DNA of 64,000 bases from assembly GCA_964016885.1 (NCBI GenBank), contig OZ024744.1:63364001-63428000 (forward strand), given 5' to 3'. Source of the DNA: Eledone cirrhosa. Lineage: Eukaryota. Both the position numbers and the translations under genes were made by a program. This document shows positions 40,881-54,659 of the stretch, in pieces. Every line of letters starts with the position of its first letter. The first letter of the stretch is position 1. Under the pieces are notes generated by a model. That model worked only from the letters and a program-made list of their open reading frames with translations, was not told the DNA's origin and did no database searches.

Positions 40881-41327
40881 GTAGAAAGCTTGCCAATAGT
40901 CAGGAGGACCTTCAGTTGTGTCAGTCATAACAACCTCTGCATTCAGTAGAATGTGAAACCATATGTAAGTGTGATGCAGATTTTTGGCCTGTCTGGGAGA
41001 TCAGTAACGCCACTTCAGTACTGAGTTGGTCTATATAGACTTGTCCAACCCTTGCTAGCAGGGAAAGCAGACGTTAAAACGATGATATACATATGGACCA
41101 TTGAGTTGTTCTGTGTCCTCAGACCATTACATATTTTTACATGTAAGATATGATATAATATACATGTGGACTATGGGTGAAATTACAAATATCAAAAATG
41201 GGCCATTGCGTAATGAAGTTGTGAATTCCTGATATAAAATATGAAAATTATGTATTTTATGTTTTTATGTTTTTCTTTATATCCTTTTCAAAATTTAATC
41301 TTTTTTAAAATTTTTTTTTTTACCTAG

Positions 41328-41413
41328 AAATGTTGTTACATTTGGAAAAGAAGAAAGTAGTGATGAATCAACAATTATTTCATCTCAAACCTCCACACTT
41401 ACACGTAACCAAG
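41328..41413 (+). CDS. kibra: KIBRA/WWC exon n
   Basis: acctag|..|gtaaac; KEESSDESTIISSQTSTLTRNQ, resembling the invertebrate Kibra motif; phase 2-1. Confidence 0.93.
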
Positions 41414-41525
41414 GTAAACATTTTTATCACATTAGAGGTTGAGGATTGACTGAAGACAACAGAGACTAGGAAGGATACTTTAGTTTTGTTGAAGATACGA
41501 CAATCTCTTTATAGTGCTGATGAAG

Positions 41526-41740
41526 GTAGGTGGCCTAGTGGTAAGGGTGTTGGACTTACGATCCTAATGTCGTGGGTTCAATTCCTGGGCTGGGTTTCAC
41601 GTACCTCCAGTATACTCAGCTGTAAATGAGTACCAGCAATAGCTGGGGATTTAATCCTGTGATGGACTGGCATCTTGTCCAGGGGGAAGTCTTGTACTCA
41701 GTCACTTCACACCATGAAACCAGGATAAGCACCAGCTCAA
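41526..41740 (+). mobile_element. tRNA-derived SINE (related copies ~30540-30810 and ~50030-50230, minus)
   Basis: A-box TGGCCTAGTGG and B-box GGTTCAATTCC followed by a non-tRNA body. Confidence 0.75.
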
Positions 41741-43538
41741 CATACTGCTTGCTGCATACAAGGGCATGCTTGTCACAATAAACTGCACCCAGTATACTCT
41801 GTAAAGTGGTTGACAATTTAAGGCAGACACAAACACATACACACCTGACAGGCTTCCCCACAGTTTCCATCTATCAGATCCTCTCACAAGACATTAGTCA
41901 GCCTGAGTCTACAGTAGAAGACATTTAGCTATGATGCTACACAGCCATACTTATGGGTTGGTGCATCAAAATAAAGTTATTTCCATAGAAAAATTGACCC
42001 CCATTACTATTAACTGTTACAACATTTATTAATTCACTATTGTAACAAATACATTTACTGTTTTAAACTAAGCAATCTTTTAGAACTAGAATGTTTTTCA
42101 ATATGCTGATGTGTATGTGTATATGTGTGTGCATATGCATACATTTATATGTATGAGTATCATCATCATCATCAATAAACACGCAAACACAGACACACTT
42201 ACAAAAATATACTCAGACATACATTCACACAAACACACACATACATACACATACACTTACGTACAGCATAGCAAATGTAACGCCAGCTACTGTTTTGCTG
42301 TATTTTTTTCACCATCCCCTTCCTTTTACACAAATACACACACACATTGTGTGATAGACAAAGTCGTTCAATTTATATATAGATTGATGAGGTTTCAACT
42401 TAAGGTTCCTCTTTATTTTATTATTGCCTCATTCACTTTATTCTCAGCGGTGTTCCTTCTATTATTCTTTTACTGGTTTCATTTATTAGACTTCAGCCAT
42501 GCAAGGATTTTAGTAACGTATGTATTACACTGTTGGCTGTGTACATTATATATCCTTATAGAGTATATCCTGTTCAGAAAGGTTAAAGTGATCCCTCTAT
42601 CATAATTTCAGTTTTTAATCAGAGTTACTGTCCTTATAGACAGGTTGCCTATGATATATCTTGCAGAGTTCACATATTGTTTATGTATTCGATTTTTTGG
42701 AATATCCTAACTCAATGTACACTCCACCGCCACGCCCTACTCCATCCTCCTTCTCCCGTTCCATCCACTGTGTCGATGGCACAACAGTCCACACTGTAAG
42801 GTGGCCATGTAGGAAACACGGTAAAAAGGCTCCCAGTCCACACTATAAATGTGGTTGGTGTTAGGAAGGGCATCCAGCTGTAAAAAAAAACCTGCCAGGG
42901 ATGCTTCCGTGCAAGCGAGACATGGTCTCCAGACTATTCCCGCATCAAATGGAACAAAACAGTCTAACCCATGCTAGCGTGGAAGAGTGTACTAAATACA
43001 TTTTCCCACTGCACCAAACTGATTAATTAACAATAGCAGTAACCTGGCGTGATTCACAATAGAAGTGTACATTAAGGCAAATATATGTTTAAGTATAATA
43101 CACATTATTATGAGTGTTTTAAACTGTGATCAATACACACATGGCTACTGAGGTAGCTGTGACGTGATCACAGCTTAAACACCCATGGCGATCCTTGTGT
43201 GTATTATATATAAACATATAGTATTTGCTTTCGGATAATCTGCTTTGCAGCATATAGTTATGTCTCTTTACATTCTTAGTCCAAAGCCATCTGGGGTTGA
43301 CTTTACCTTTCATCCTTACAGGAACGATAAAATAAAATACCAGTAACGTACTGGGGTCGATTTAATGGACTTACCCTTCCCCAAAATTGTTGGCCTTGTG
43401 CCTTATCACATTATTTAAAAAATTTATACTTTTCAGTTGAAATTTTTTTATTTCTGATTTAATTTTATAATTAAAACCAACATTTTTGAAACCTATTTAT
43501 ATATCTCTCTCTTTATTTATTTTTTTTTTTTTTTAAAG

Positions 43539-43636
43539 GCCCAGAAGCTATGCACAGTCATGAAGATGATGCTCATGAAGAGGAAGATGATAAAGACACA
43601 GATTCTGTTGATCTTGTTGACTCAAATAAAGAACAG
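43539..43636 (+). CDS. kibra: KIBRA/WWC exon o (acidic region)
   Basis: T-tract aaag|..CAG|gttatt; PEAMHSHEDDAHEEEDDKD; phase 1-0. Confidence 0.85.
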
Positions 43637-44411
43637 GTTATTGTTATTCTTCTTCTTTTCCTCCTCTTCCCCTTCTGTCTTCTGGAAGTTGACTAACAAA
43701 ATGTTTCTCCTATAACAGGAAAACATTGGGTCAGCTTTCCTGTTAATTGATATTGCAAGTTAAAGCAATATGTGCAACCTCCTGTGGTGACCAAGATGGC
43801 AGTAGCAGCCCCCCAGGGCAGTAATGAGGTGCCCTCTCTAGAATATGCTATCACATGTGGGAGATGTTGCTTGTTTGGTCCCAGAGCCTTCATGGAGGTG
43901 GAGTTTTACTCTGCTCTTACACCTATAGGAGTGTGCATGCTGGGTAAATTTATCTATGAATACATTGGCTGTTGGGTTTGTATAATTCCTCTGGAAGTGG
44001 AGAGTGACTCACACACAGCCTTTGAGAGGTAAGATCCTTTTAATGGACAATTGGCAGGGTTTTGACAGCTATATGTTGGTGCATGTAGTGGGATCTGTGT
44101 TGGGGTGTAGAACTTCAGAATAGGGCATATGTACTATGCTATATATATAGTGAAAAATGGAACGGGAACAAAACAGAGAGGCAGTACGAACAAAGGTTTT
44201 AGTTTCACGCTCTTGAGAGTATATATATATATATATATATACTGACTTTGATCATTGTTTGGTGTAGGTTTTTATGAGGGAAATTGAAGTGGGGCATGGG
44301 ACAAAATAATAAAGTTGAAAAATACTGGTTTAAATTATAATTAATTTTTTTTTTTTTTTTACCTTTTCACATGCAATATTGTAAATCTTATTAATTTTCT
44401 TCTCACTATAG

Positions 44412-44621
44412 GATCCATCTATAGGCTGGACGTCGTTGGATAACTATGAATCGGTTGATACTGGTGATGAGATCAAAACTTGTGAGAAGGGAACAAACAC
44501 AGATGGAGATTTTGTGTACAAAGCAAAGAAACGTCCGACAGAAACTGTCCGAAAGAGTACAATAAGACGTTCTCAGACATTTTCACCAGCAGATAGACAG
44601 GGCAGTGCATATGTTTGTAAA
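44412..44621 (+). CDS. kibra: KIBRA/WWC exon p
   Basis: ctatag|..|gtaagc; CEKGTNTD..STIRRSQTFSP..YVCK; phase 0-0. Confidence 0.93.
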
Positions 44622-44799
44622 GTAAGCAACACTTTCTATTCTCTTGTGCAGCAGTAATAATATATTTACTAGAGCTCTCAGTAAATAGAAATTCTAAGAA
44701 AACTGTTTAAACATTACTGATTTGATACTTTTATGTAACTGTAGTGTTTAAACAATTCATAAATTCTCATAATTTTATGCAGTTTGGATTTGTCCCAGG

Positions 44800-45010
44800 A
44801 AGAAGTACCATGGATGCTCTCTTCCTTGAGACAACTGCTGCAGAAGTACCAAGCTAAAAACAAACCCCTTTACTTGGCATTTGTTGACCAAGAGAAAGCT
44901 TTTGACATGCTCCTCTGTTCTGTAATCTGGTGGGTACTTAGGAAACTGGGAGTAGAAGATTGGTTTTGTGAGGGCAATACAAGCCATGTACAGAAAGGTT
45001 ATAATTATTA
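44800..45010 (+). mobile_element. RTE reverse transcriptase fragment
   Basis: QKYQAKNKPLYLAFVDQEKAFD..SVIWWVLRKLGVEDW matches the RT of the 46543 element. Confidence 0.8.
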
Positions 45011-45884
45011 ATGACTCTAGCGAGGGCTTGAGTGAAAATGATAACAATGTAGTTGGAAGAAAGCTTTGCAAACTGTTACACAAACAAGTAATAAATATTT
45101 GTCAGTTGAGAAGAAGGGTATCCAGCTATAGAAACCATGCAGAAATATGGATTGTGAGATATGGTTTTCTGACCTGTGTGTGGGGTACAACAATTTCAAT
45201 TAAGTGGTAACTTGGTCTGTAATAGTTCATGCCAGCATGAATGATTACAGACATTAGATAGTAATAATGATGATGATGATGTGAAACCAATAATTAGATG
45301 TTGGTAGACAATCTGTCATCAATTGGGGAAGAGAGCTTGGTTGTGTTACAATGTGTATCTAGAAAAAATTATCTGTGAACATAGGTGTAGAGAAAGTGAT
45401 TGGATATTGATTTATAAAAACTGTAAAGTGGTCGTATAGGTGTCATAACAATAAGCACCCAGGACTCATTGTAAAGTGGTCATATAGGCGCCATCGTAAA
45501 AAGCACGCAACACACACTGTAAATGTAGTTGGCATTAGAAAGGGCATCCGGCTGTAGAAATCTAGCAAACAGCAGTTCTATATGAACAAGACTTGGTCAC
45601 CTGACCCAACTTGCCTCAAACGGGGCAACGCGTCTAACCCATGCTAGCGTGGAAAGTGGATGATAAATGATGATGATGAATGAAAGAATTTGAGGTGGGC
45701 TGGAGAATAAAGGGGGACAATGTGAAGTAGTGGTAGTGGTGGTGGGTGATGGAAGGTATATAATGAATTGTTTATATGAGTAAGACATACAATGAACAAA
45801 GTTGGTGGTTTTTGCTGATCTGTTCTGATTGTGGAAAAAAAACAAAGTTCTATATTCTAATGTTAGCCGTTTCTCTATCTACAG

Positions 45885-45980
45885 TTAAACCGCAGTGATA
45901 GTGACAGCTCTATGCCTCTATATAAACGTGGGCCATTCCAAAGAAACTCTACAGTGCGGCAAAGTTTAAGGTGGAAAAAG
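45885..45980 (+). CDS. kibra: KIBRA/WWC exon q (aPKC/PKM-binding segment)
   Basis: ctacag|..|gttagt; LNRSDSDSSMPLYKRGPFQRNSTVRQSLRWKK; phase 0-0. Confidence 0.96.
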
Positions 45981-46542
45981 GTTAGTATAAAACTTTGTGT
46001 ATACATTGATGATGCTGTTTGAAATATCTATATTCTCTTTTATGTTACAGGAAAAGTGTAATATTTGAGGTTTTCTATAATCATCTAAGTGAAAATTGCA
46101 GTTCTTTCAGAAATGTTATGAATTTATAGAATTTATATAGACGCTTATGCCTTCAAGAAAGGCATGAATGTCACGCATTCACTTCTACTCTAAGTTAATT
46201 ACCTTTGTAACTTAAAATCAAATATTTCCGCTATAAAAAGGTATTTGACAGTTAATCCTTTCATTACCATATTTCTAATGAAAGACATTGTCTATCTCTT
46301 TTAGATAATTTTGAAAATATTCAAAAATTGGGGTGGGTGGATATGAGATTTAGTAATATAAATAACTTTCTTATTATTAAGCTGTAATTTGGAACTTAAA
46401 AAATGTTCTTACATAAAATTATGACGGTTTCTAGATAAATATAAACCCTTTAACCCTTTAGCATTTACATAACTCTATATTTACTATTATATTTTCACAG
46501 TAAAGGTTTTACCTCACATGATATCGAATCGGAGATTTTGAT

Positions 46543-49462
46543 CATCATCATCATCATTATCATCATTTTATGTCCGCTTTTCCCTGCTTGCAAGGGCGGG
46601 ACGAGTCCTATTCAGCACAGCATCTCTCCACTTGTCACGGTCCTTCGTCATCTCCACCGTGAGCTTCTGGGATCTGCTCTCACCACCTCCGCCCATGTTT
46701 TTCGCGGTGTACCTCTACCACGTCTTCTTTCAACTGGCATTTCTTTACCCAGCGGTGATCCTCCATGCGCATCACATGTGCATACCATCGCAGTCTTCTC
46801 TCCCGCACACTACAACTTATCCCTCTTAAACACAGTTTCTCTCTCAACACATCCATGCTCGGTCGTTCATGCACATTGACATTGCACATCCAACGGAGCA
46901 TGCTTGCCTCATTTCTTTCCAGTTGCATATCCTCTGCAGTTACTGCCCATGTCGCACTACCTTGCAGTATCGCACACCTTACACAGGCATCATATAACCG
47001 GCCTTTCGTACGCAGAGAGAACCCCTTCTTCGTCAGCAGAGGTAGCAGCTCCCTAAACTTCTTCTAACCTGTCCTTATTCTAGATACTATGGCCTCGGAA
47101 CACACCCTTCCCATGCTAAACTGATCACCTAGGTACCGGAAGCTATCAACCACTTCTATAGAACCCACCTGCATTTGAAATATGTGTCTATCAATGCGAC
47201 TTCTACTGTCAAATTTCCCTGTACATCTACTGCATACATATTTCTCCCTACCTGTCAGTTTGCCTACTATCCCACTACATCTCTTGTGTTCCCAGGATCT
47301 GCATTGTGTACATTTTATAGAATTTATGCCAGTTCCTTTTCTGCATATCGAACCTGGTCATTTCCCTGACGGAATCAGTTTTGTCCTCTTTTCTACTCAA
47401 CACTTTTGTCTTAGCTAGGTTCACTCTATCCTCTTAATTCCAACTGCTGTTTGCATAGCCAACATTTATTCTCTAACTCCTCTACTGATTCTGCTATAAG
47501 AACCAGATCGTCAGCATAGAGAAGTTCCCATGGTCAGCCAGTCTTAAATTCCTCTATTATGGCTTGGAGAACTATAATGAACAAGAGCGGGCTGAGGACC
47601 GAACCCTGATGTACTCCAACTTGTATCTGGAATTCCTCACTAAACTCCATTCCTACCCTCACTTTACTGACTGCACCTCTGTACAAAGCTTGCACTGTCC
47701 TCACAAGCCATTCCTCAACACCTAGCTTCCTTAGGGACCACCAGATGACAGATCGGGGTACCCTATGAAAGGCCTTTTCTAGGTCAACAAAAGCTAAGGA
47801 TAGTGGCTTATTCTTCTCTAAGAACCTCTCTTGTAGTTGTCTCACTAAGAAGAGGGCATCTGTTGTACTTTTCCCAGGCACAAAACCAAACTGCATCTCA
47901 TCTAGTTTGACCCTTTCTCTAATTAGTTGCGCTAATATCCTTTCTGCCACTTTCATAACCTGATCTGTCAGCTTTATGCCCCTATATTTGCTCCTCTCCA
48001 GAGCATCCCTTTTACTTTTGTAGAATTTATGAGAATACTGCTGCACCAGTCTTTGGGTATGACACCACCATATATAGCCTGATTGATGATGCATGCAACC
48101 AGTTTAGTGCCTACGTCCACTGATGTCTTCAGCATCTCAGCAACTATGCCCGATGGTCCAGCGGCCTTACCATTTTTCATTTCCTTAATCGCCGCTTGGA
48201 CCCTATATTCGTCAATCTCAATAGCTGGTCCCTCTGTTGGATCTACTGGGGGGTAATTTCTCTCTCTCCCATTCATTCTCCACATTCATCAGTCTCTCAT
48301 AATGACATTTCCAGGCCTCCTATTTCTGATCATTCGTGACACTAAGTACACTGGCATTATTCCGGACACGCTTAACTCCAACAACATCCTGATTTGCACT
48401 GACACACTGCCTTACAATGTGGAACACCGCACGTCTCTGATCTTCCCGTCGCAGAACATTGGCAAACCTCCTACTCTCCGCCTCCCTGCGTGCTAAGTAC
48501 ACCTGACGTCTAGCTTCTCTCTTAGCGGATGTGTATCCTTCTCTACTCCCACCATTTTTCCAAGCGTTCCATGCTAGTCTTTTGTCTCTAATGGCCCTAT
48601 CTACCGTGCTGTTCCACCACCAGGTCATTCTCTGTCTGGTTGGAGCCTCTGCTCCAGCCTACAAGTTTCTTCAGTAGCCTGCAATAAGTTATCATGTAAG
48701 AAATTCCAGTTATCATCTATGTCATACGACTCTAAATCGTCTTCTTTTTCGTCATACACATCTTGAAGGGCTTTCCTAAATTCGTATTTTAGTGAAAGGT
48801 CTTTTAACTTCCAGACCTTTCTTTTCCACCCCTTCCTGTATGTCTCATTCTGTCTCTTGCTTACTGAGATACCACTAACGACTAACCTATGCTGTGGGGT
48901 ACACTCTTCCCCGGGGTATGCCTTGGTATTTGACACCATCTGTCTGTCTCGCTGCCTAACTAGCAAGAAGTCAATCTAGCTTATGTGCTCGCCTGATTTG
49001 TAGGTTATTAGGTGGTTGGCAGGTTTCTGGAAGTTAGTGTTGCAAATCATTAGTTCACTTGCATCACAAAATTCAAGGAGCTGTCCAACATGACCATTGA
49101 AGTCCCCTGCTCACATAACAATGTCTTCATCCTCTGTCATTGCGGCTGTTTGTAAAAGTTGCTTGTAAAAGCAGTCTTTCTCTTCTTTACCTAGGCCTGC
49201 CTGGGGAGCATAGGCAGAGATGATTGTCAGTAGTCTCCTGCCTACAACTAATCTAAGCTTAATTATTCTATTACTAACTCTAACTAACTCTATTATCTTA
49301 TCGATCCATCTCTCAGCCAGTAAAATGCCTACCCCACCTACCCCATCAACATTACCCACCCAGAAAAGCTTATAACTAAGATGTTTGCCTGCGATTAGTC
49401 TTGCAAAGGCACCACTCCATCTCACCTCTTGTATGCAGCACACATCCACATGCCTTCTCTCC
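46543..49462 (-). mobile_element. RTE-clade LINE, near full ORF but disrupted, slightly 5'-truncated
   Basis: APE endonuclease (VDVCCIQEVRW, ISAYAPQ) at 49111-49464; RT motifs YRGIKL, QFGF, AFVDLEKAF, GVHQGSVLSPLLF, WELLYADDLVL; (ATG)n tail; frameshifts and stops. Confidence 0.95.
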
Positions 49463-49789
49463 ATTTATTTTGCGAACAATACCTTAACATTAGTATGAGC
49501 AGCTGGTTACAGCCAGTTTGAACAGAAAGAGGTGAGAGAATTCTGGCCGGATATGGCCGGTTTAAATTCTAAAGGGTTAAAACAAATAGTTTTATGTTGT
49601 ACGACCAAGGCGGATTTCAGACAGTTTCTATCATTTCTGGTATATAGTCAAATGTTTTTAAAAAATGGTAATGCTAAATCTTCTGTTATAATAATATTTA
49701 TAAAGATAAATATTATTATTATTATTATTATTATCAATTCTTAAAATGTTGTTTTAATACTTTTGTTTTTTTCGCTGTTCATTTTGCAG

Positions 49790-49952
49790 CTGTCAGGTGC
49801 AGCTGGATCATCTCTTAGAAAGATGCCAATACGTACGTCTGTGGACTTGGAGCTGGATCTTCAAGCCTCTCAAAGGCGTCTCAACCATTTAAGAGATGAT
49901 GTTTACAGATTAAAAGAACTCAAGAAGGGGATGGAAGAAGCAAAAGCTCGAG
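49790..49952 (+). CDS. kibra: KIBRA/WWC exon r
   Basis: ttgcag|..|gtatgt; RTSVDLELDLQASQRRLNHLRDDVYRLKELK; phase 0-1. Confidence 0.96.
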
Positions 49953-51293
49953 GTATGTATCTTATTAAAAAAGTTAAAATTAGTCTTAAGCTTAGGAGCT
50001 CACGAGATTGGAGTTTCATTGGTGTTAAGTGATTTAAGTACTGGACAGGATGCTAGACCGTTGCAATGTTAAATCTCAGCTACTGCTGCTGGTAGTCATT
50101 TTTCAGCTGAGTGGAGTAGAGCAGTATGAAATCGAGTAGTTCTCAAGAACATGATAATAGGCCATCTGGTCCTGGATTTGAACCCATGATCTTACAATCA
50201 TGACACCAACACCCTACCCACTTGGCTACACTTAAAAACAACATATTTTAAACTATATTATTCCACAAAATGAAAATTGAAATAGTTTCAGAAGAAAACT
50301 GTATGAAGAGTAAAAGTTAGTATTTATGTTGGTTATGGCAAACATCCGCTGTAGAAAGAGAATTGCTGAAAGCATCGCAAAATACTGTTAAACTCCATAT
50401 TGGAAATGGTGTATACATAGAATGGGATATTTAATTCTACCGTTACTATAGTTTGTTAATTGTGAAGTTGACAGTTAAACCGGCTGTAACCAGCCAAAAT
50501 TCTTTCACCTCTTTCTGTTCAAACCAGCTGTAACCGACTGCTCATAATGATGTTAAGGTATTTTTCTCAAAATGAATATCAAAATCTCATAGATTTGATA
50601 TATAAGGTAATGCATTTACCACAAAAATATCATAGTATATATAGAGTAATGGAGAAATCAAATCTTAAGCATATATGGTGTCTACTGGTTGAAATTCTTT
50701 GTTAGACGCCTGTGATTGCTGTTCATGATACTTCAGTTTCACTTTAGTGAGCGAAATTTGTCAAGAGGAAACTGAGCGGAGCCTAGCGTGTGTCTGTGTG
50801 TGCATGTGTACTAGGTTCAATATCTTCTTCACCTACTTATTCCCGAGAGGGTCGTGTGTGCAGAGTCCTCAAACACTCCTTCCAGCGGGTCCTGTCTCCA
50901 ACTGATCCGGCTGGATTCCCAAGCGTGACTAGTCAGGCTTGGGAATGTTATCCAACCATTGGATCGAGGGTCTACCTCTAGGTCACCTGCTGGTTTCTTT
51001 TGCCATAAAATTCTGTCCAGTGATTCTTTCCGAATATTCTAACCAATAGTATTGGAGCTGTGATCACTCAATTTGGAGAAGTAGTGAATCTACCTGGAGT
51101 CATTCTCTGATCTCCAAGTTATGCACTTTATCGAGTAAATATAGGGATCAATATGATGGAATAAATCCTTTGAAGGATTACTGAAACCAATAAAAGAATT
51201 ATTATTTTCAAAACTTTTTCTGTATTTTGTATTTTATTTTATTTTAATTTATTTATTTTGAAATTTAAAATTAATTTCTTTCTAATTTTTTAG

Positions 51294-51367
51294 GAGCAAA
51301 TGAATTACCAAGTTGGCTTACAGATGATGAAAATTTCCAAAGGCTTTTATCTGAAGCTGATAAACTT
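51294..51367 (+). CDS. kibra: KIBRA/WWC exon s
   Basis: ttttag|..|gtaggt; GANELPSWLTDDENFQRLL resembles KIBRA GExELPxWLxEDExF; phase 1-0. Confidence 0.92.
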
Positions 51368-51427
51368 GTAGGTTTTCTGCCTTTCTTCTCTCTTTTTCTG
51401 CTGAATATGTGTATATATATATATACA

Positions 51428-51506
51428 CAGGGTGACCTAAAAAAATGTTTAGACACTTTGATAAGAATGCTGTTGAAGCATGTATATATTTTTTGGAGTC
51501 ACCCTG
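51428..51506. mobile_element. Tiny Tc1/mariner-type MITE
   Basis: CAGGGTGAC..GTCACCCTG TIRs within a TA-rich tract. Confidence 0.7.
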
Positions 51507-54159
51507 TATATACATATATTATATTGCTTTATGTCATATTTAGTATTCTTCAGTGCTTTAACCATGTTTGCCTACACAATGCTAGACAATATCTAACTGC
51601 ATTTGTTATACCAGTTTGAAAAAGAAACAATTCTATTAAGGTTCACTTTTCAATTTTAAAATGGAAGACATTTGTCTTGATTTGACTCAAGATTCTGTTG
51701 AGCTAGAAGAGGAAGTATAGATGAATAGAATTTCTAAATAAATGTTAACTTTGACATGGAAAGAAACTTTTTGTTAATGGAGGCAGGGGTTTCCTGGATT
51801 CCTTTACTGCTTTTGCTTAACAGACTGCAGCCATGCACCTCAATATGGAGAAATATTGTTAACAGACAGGTTTTTAATACAGTTTCAAAGATGAGCTACT
51901 GATTTGTAAGGATTAAAATTTATACTGTAAAAAAAAATGGAACTGTCATAGTTTTAGCTACATCATCATTTTCTGTCCACTTTCCATCAGTCATTTCAGA
52001 CAAAGTCAATTCTTATTTGGAGTTATGGCCCTTATAATTCCATGGGTCATTGCACTTCGCGTTATTTCATATTTGGAGTTACTGCCCTTCAAGAAGTGTC
52101 AGAGGAGCACATCATACTTGTATGTTCCAATTTTTGGCATGATTTGTACAGCAGGATACCCTTCCTAACACTACCATCCACTTTAGAGTGTATTTGGTGC
52201 AAATTATCATGGTACCAACACTATCAGAAAAACGTTTTCAAGAAAGATTTTCATCAGAAGTAGGATTTATCACATTTGTTTTGGTGTTAAATGATTCTTG
52301 TACATTTTGAAAAGTACCTTTGTTGGTTTGGTCACCTGTTCTGTCACCTATGAGGTGAAATCATTCATGAAGCAGTTGCATCTGAGCAGGATGTCTAATG
52401 TTGGAATTGTGACTGGTTGACAACTTACATAGGCAGCTTCTGTTCATAATGCTATGGATATACTGTTTAGAGCTGGTTCAACTCATCCTTGATGAATGCC
52501 AACATAAATCCAAATATATAATATTAGACAGAAATTTAACCAAAAACATTCATTGTCACTATTAATTTCAGTGTGTGACAGAATTGGTGTCTAGGTAATT
52601 TCTGCTTCATAGTAATTAAGAAATTAATTAAAGGTAGTAAGTTTGTAACAGACAAAGTAATACTTCAATTGACTTGAATATGCTGGAGGTTAGAATAGTT
52701 TAGACAAGAAGTAGAAATTGTCTGCTTTTCATCTGGTGGAGAGATATCTACTTTTACAGTTAGAAAAAACATGTTACCTCAACAGTGTCTGTTTGGCATC
52801 TGGTTGAACGATATATTTTTAATCTGGTGGAGTCTGACATCATAATGTTTTTTTTTTTGCTTTTGTTTTTTTTTAAATCTAAATTCTAAAAAGGGTTTTG
52901 CAGAGAATGGTTATGCACGATTTCACTTTGGCACTGTATGTAAATAGTGGAATCTATAGTAGAGCCTCTCTTGTGAAATAATGATTCTATTACATTAGAG
53001 AGATGTAAGAGATATTGGCTGATTCAGACCATATTTGTAATAATTTTGCTATTTGCATGTTTGTAAAACTTCCTGGCGACTCCTGTATCAACTGCCATAT
53101 GAAACCACTTCCACAGACTTTAGATTCACTGGCATCTTTTCTTCTATGCAAATAATGGCTTTTATTATACTGAATTAAGATGAATTATATGTAATTTCAG
53201 CAGCTCAAGGCCACATATCTTGGTAGAAGAGTATAGTGTATAGTCATGAAATCAACCTTAGTGAACATCATCATTGACGTTTAACATCCATTTTTCCATG
53301 TTGTCACGAGTTTGGCGAGTTATCCTGTTGTGAACAATGCCAGGTCAGGTGACCATGTCTTGTTTATACAGAACTAATTTTGGCTTGGTTTCTATGGCTG
53401 GATGCCCTCCCTAACACCAATCTCATTTACATTGAATACTAGGTGCTTTTTGTTGTGATGCCTTTGTGACCACTTTACATTGTGGACTGGGTGTTGTTTG
53501 CCGTGACACCTACATGACCACTTTACAGTGTGGGCTGGGCACTTTTTGTTGAGACGTAATCATGACCACTTTACAGTGTGGGTTGGGCACTTTTTGCCAT
53601 GTCACCATCACAACCACTTTACAGTGTGGGCTGGGCACTGGATGTATGCTTCAGGTTGTCCTCATGGGAGATGTATGGGAATGGGTGGGGTGGTTCACAC
53701 TATATATATGCTCCAGCTTTGACCTAACACCAGAGATCTCGGTCCTGTGACGTCATCGCCTTTGAGAGGTGGCAATTGGGCAAACTTTAATTTATAAACA
53801 CTCCCACTTCCAGAAGGATTTTAAACATAGAACATAAAATGAGATAATTTAAATACTGCAAGGCATTTATCTTGTTCCCTAGCAGACATGTTTATATTTT
53901 AAGTTGTTCTACTGATTAAAAGTTTATATTTTTATACATAAAAGTAAATAATTCTGTAGTTTTAATACTGGAGATTTTGGTAGGTTAAATATTTACATAG
54001 TATGTTTATTATTGTCTCTAGTGTATGTATGTGTATATACATACATACACACACATTCTTTAGTTACATGTAGTGTATATAATATCACTAGTATAAATAT
54101 GTATATATTCATATATATTTCTTAGTTACATCTGATGTGTTTCATACCTCTAGTATATA

Positions 54160-54510
54160 TGGCTTGCAATTGAAAGGTTGTGAGTTCAATTCTCAGACCG
54201 GGTGATGTGTTGTTTCCTTGAGCAAGACACTTTATTTCACATTGCTCCAGTTTACTCAGTTGTAGAAATGAGATGATAGGGACCCCAGTCCCTATCATTC
54301 CACTGCAAAGTAGTCGTGGAGGTGCCACGGCAAAAAAGCACCCAGCCCACACTGTAAAGTGGTTGTGTAAGCGCCATGAAAAAAAGCACCCAGCACTCAC
54401 TGTAAATGAGGTTGGTGTTAGGAAGGTCATCTAGCTGTAGAAATCAAGCCAGAATCAGTTCCCGTCCCACCCTTGCAAGCAGGGGAAAGCGGACGTAAAA
54501 TGATGATGAT
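54160..54510 (+). mobile_element. Same SINE subfamily as 27225-27588, 5'-clipped
   Basis: High identity to the reverse complement of 27236-27557. Confidence 0.85.
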
Positions 54511-54659
54511 ATATGTATATATATACATACACACATTCCTTAGTTACACCTGAAATGTATAACTCATCTTGTGTGGGAAATGGCCATGGTCAGTGTGTAG
54601 GAAAGGAGTAAGTAGAAATTCCATTCCATCTCCCAAATGCAAATTATGGGTGCATAAAA

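Noticed and set aside
41516-41530. CTGATGAAGG hammerhead start
   Set aside because: No closing stem II or GAAA; it runs straight into a SINE head
41526-41600. tRNA gene
   Set aside because: A and B boxes are present, but the acceptor stem is poor, there is no T-run terminator and it continues into a SINE body
53430-53640. Repeat-spacer appearance of accactttacagtgtgggctggg arrays
   Set aside because: The apparent spacers are homologous diverged copies of the SINE module
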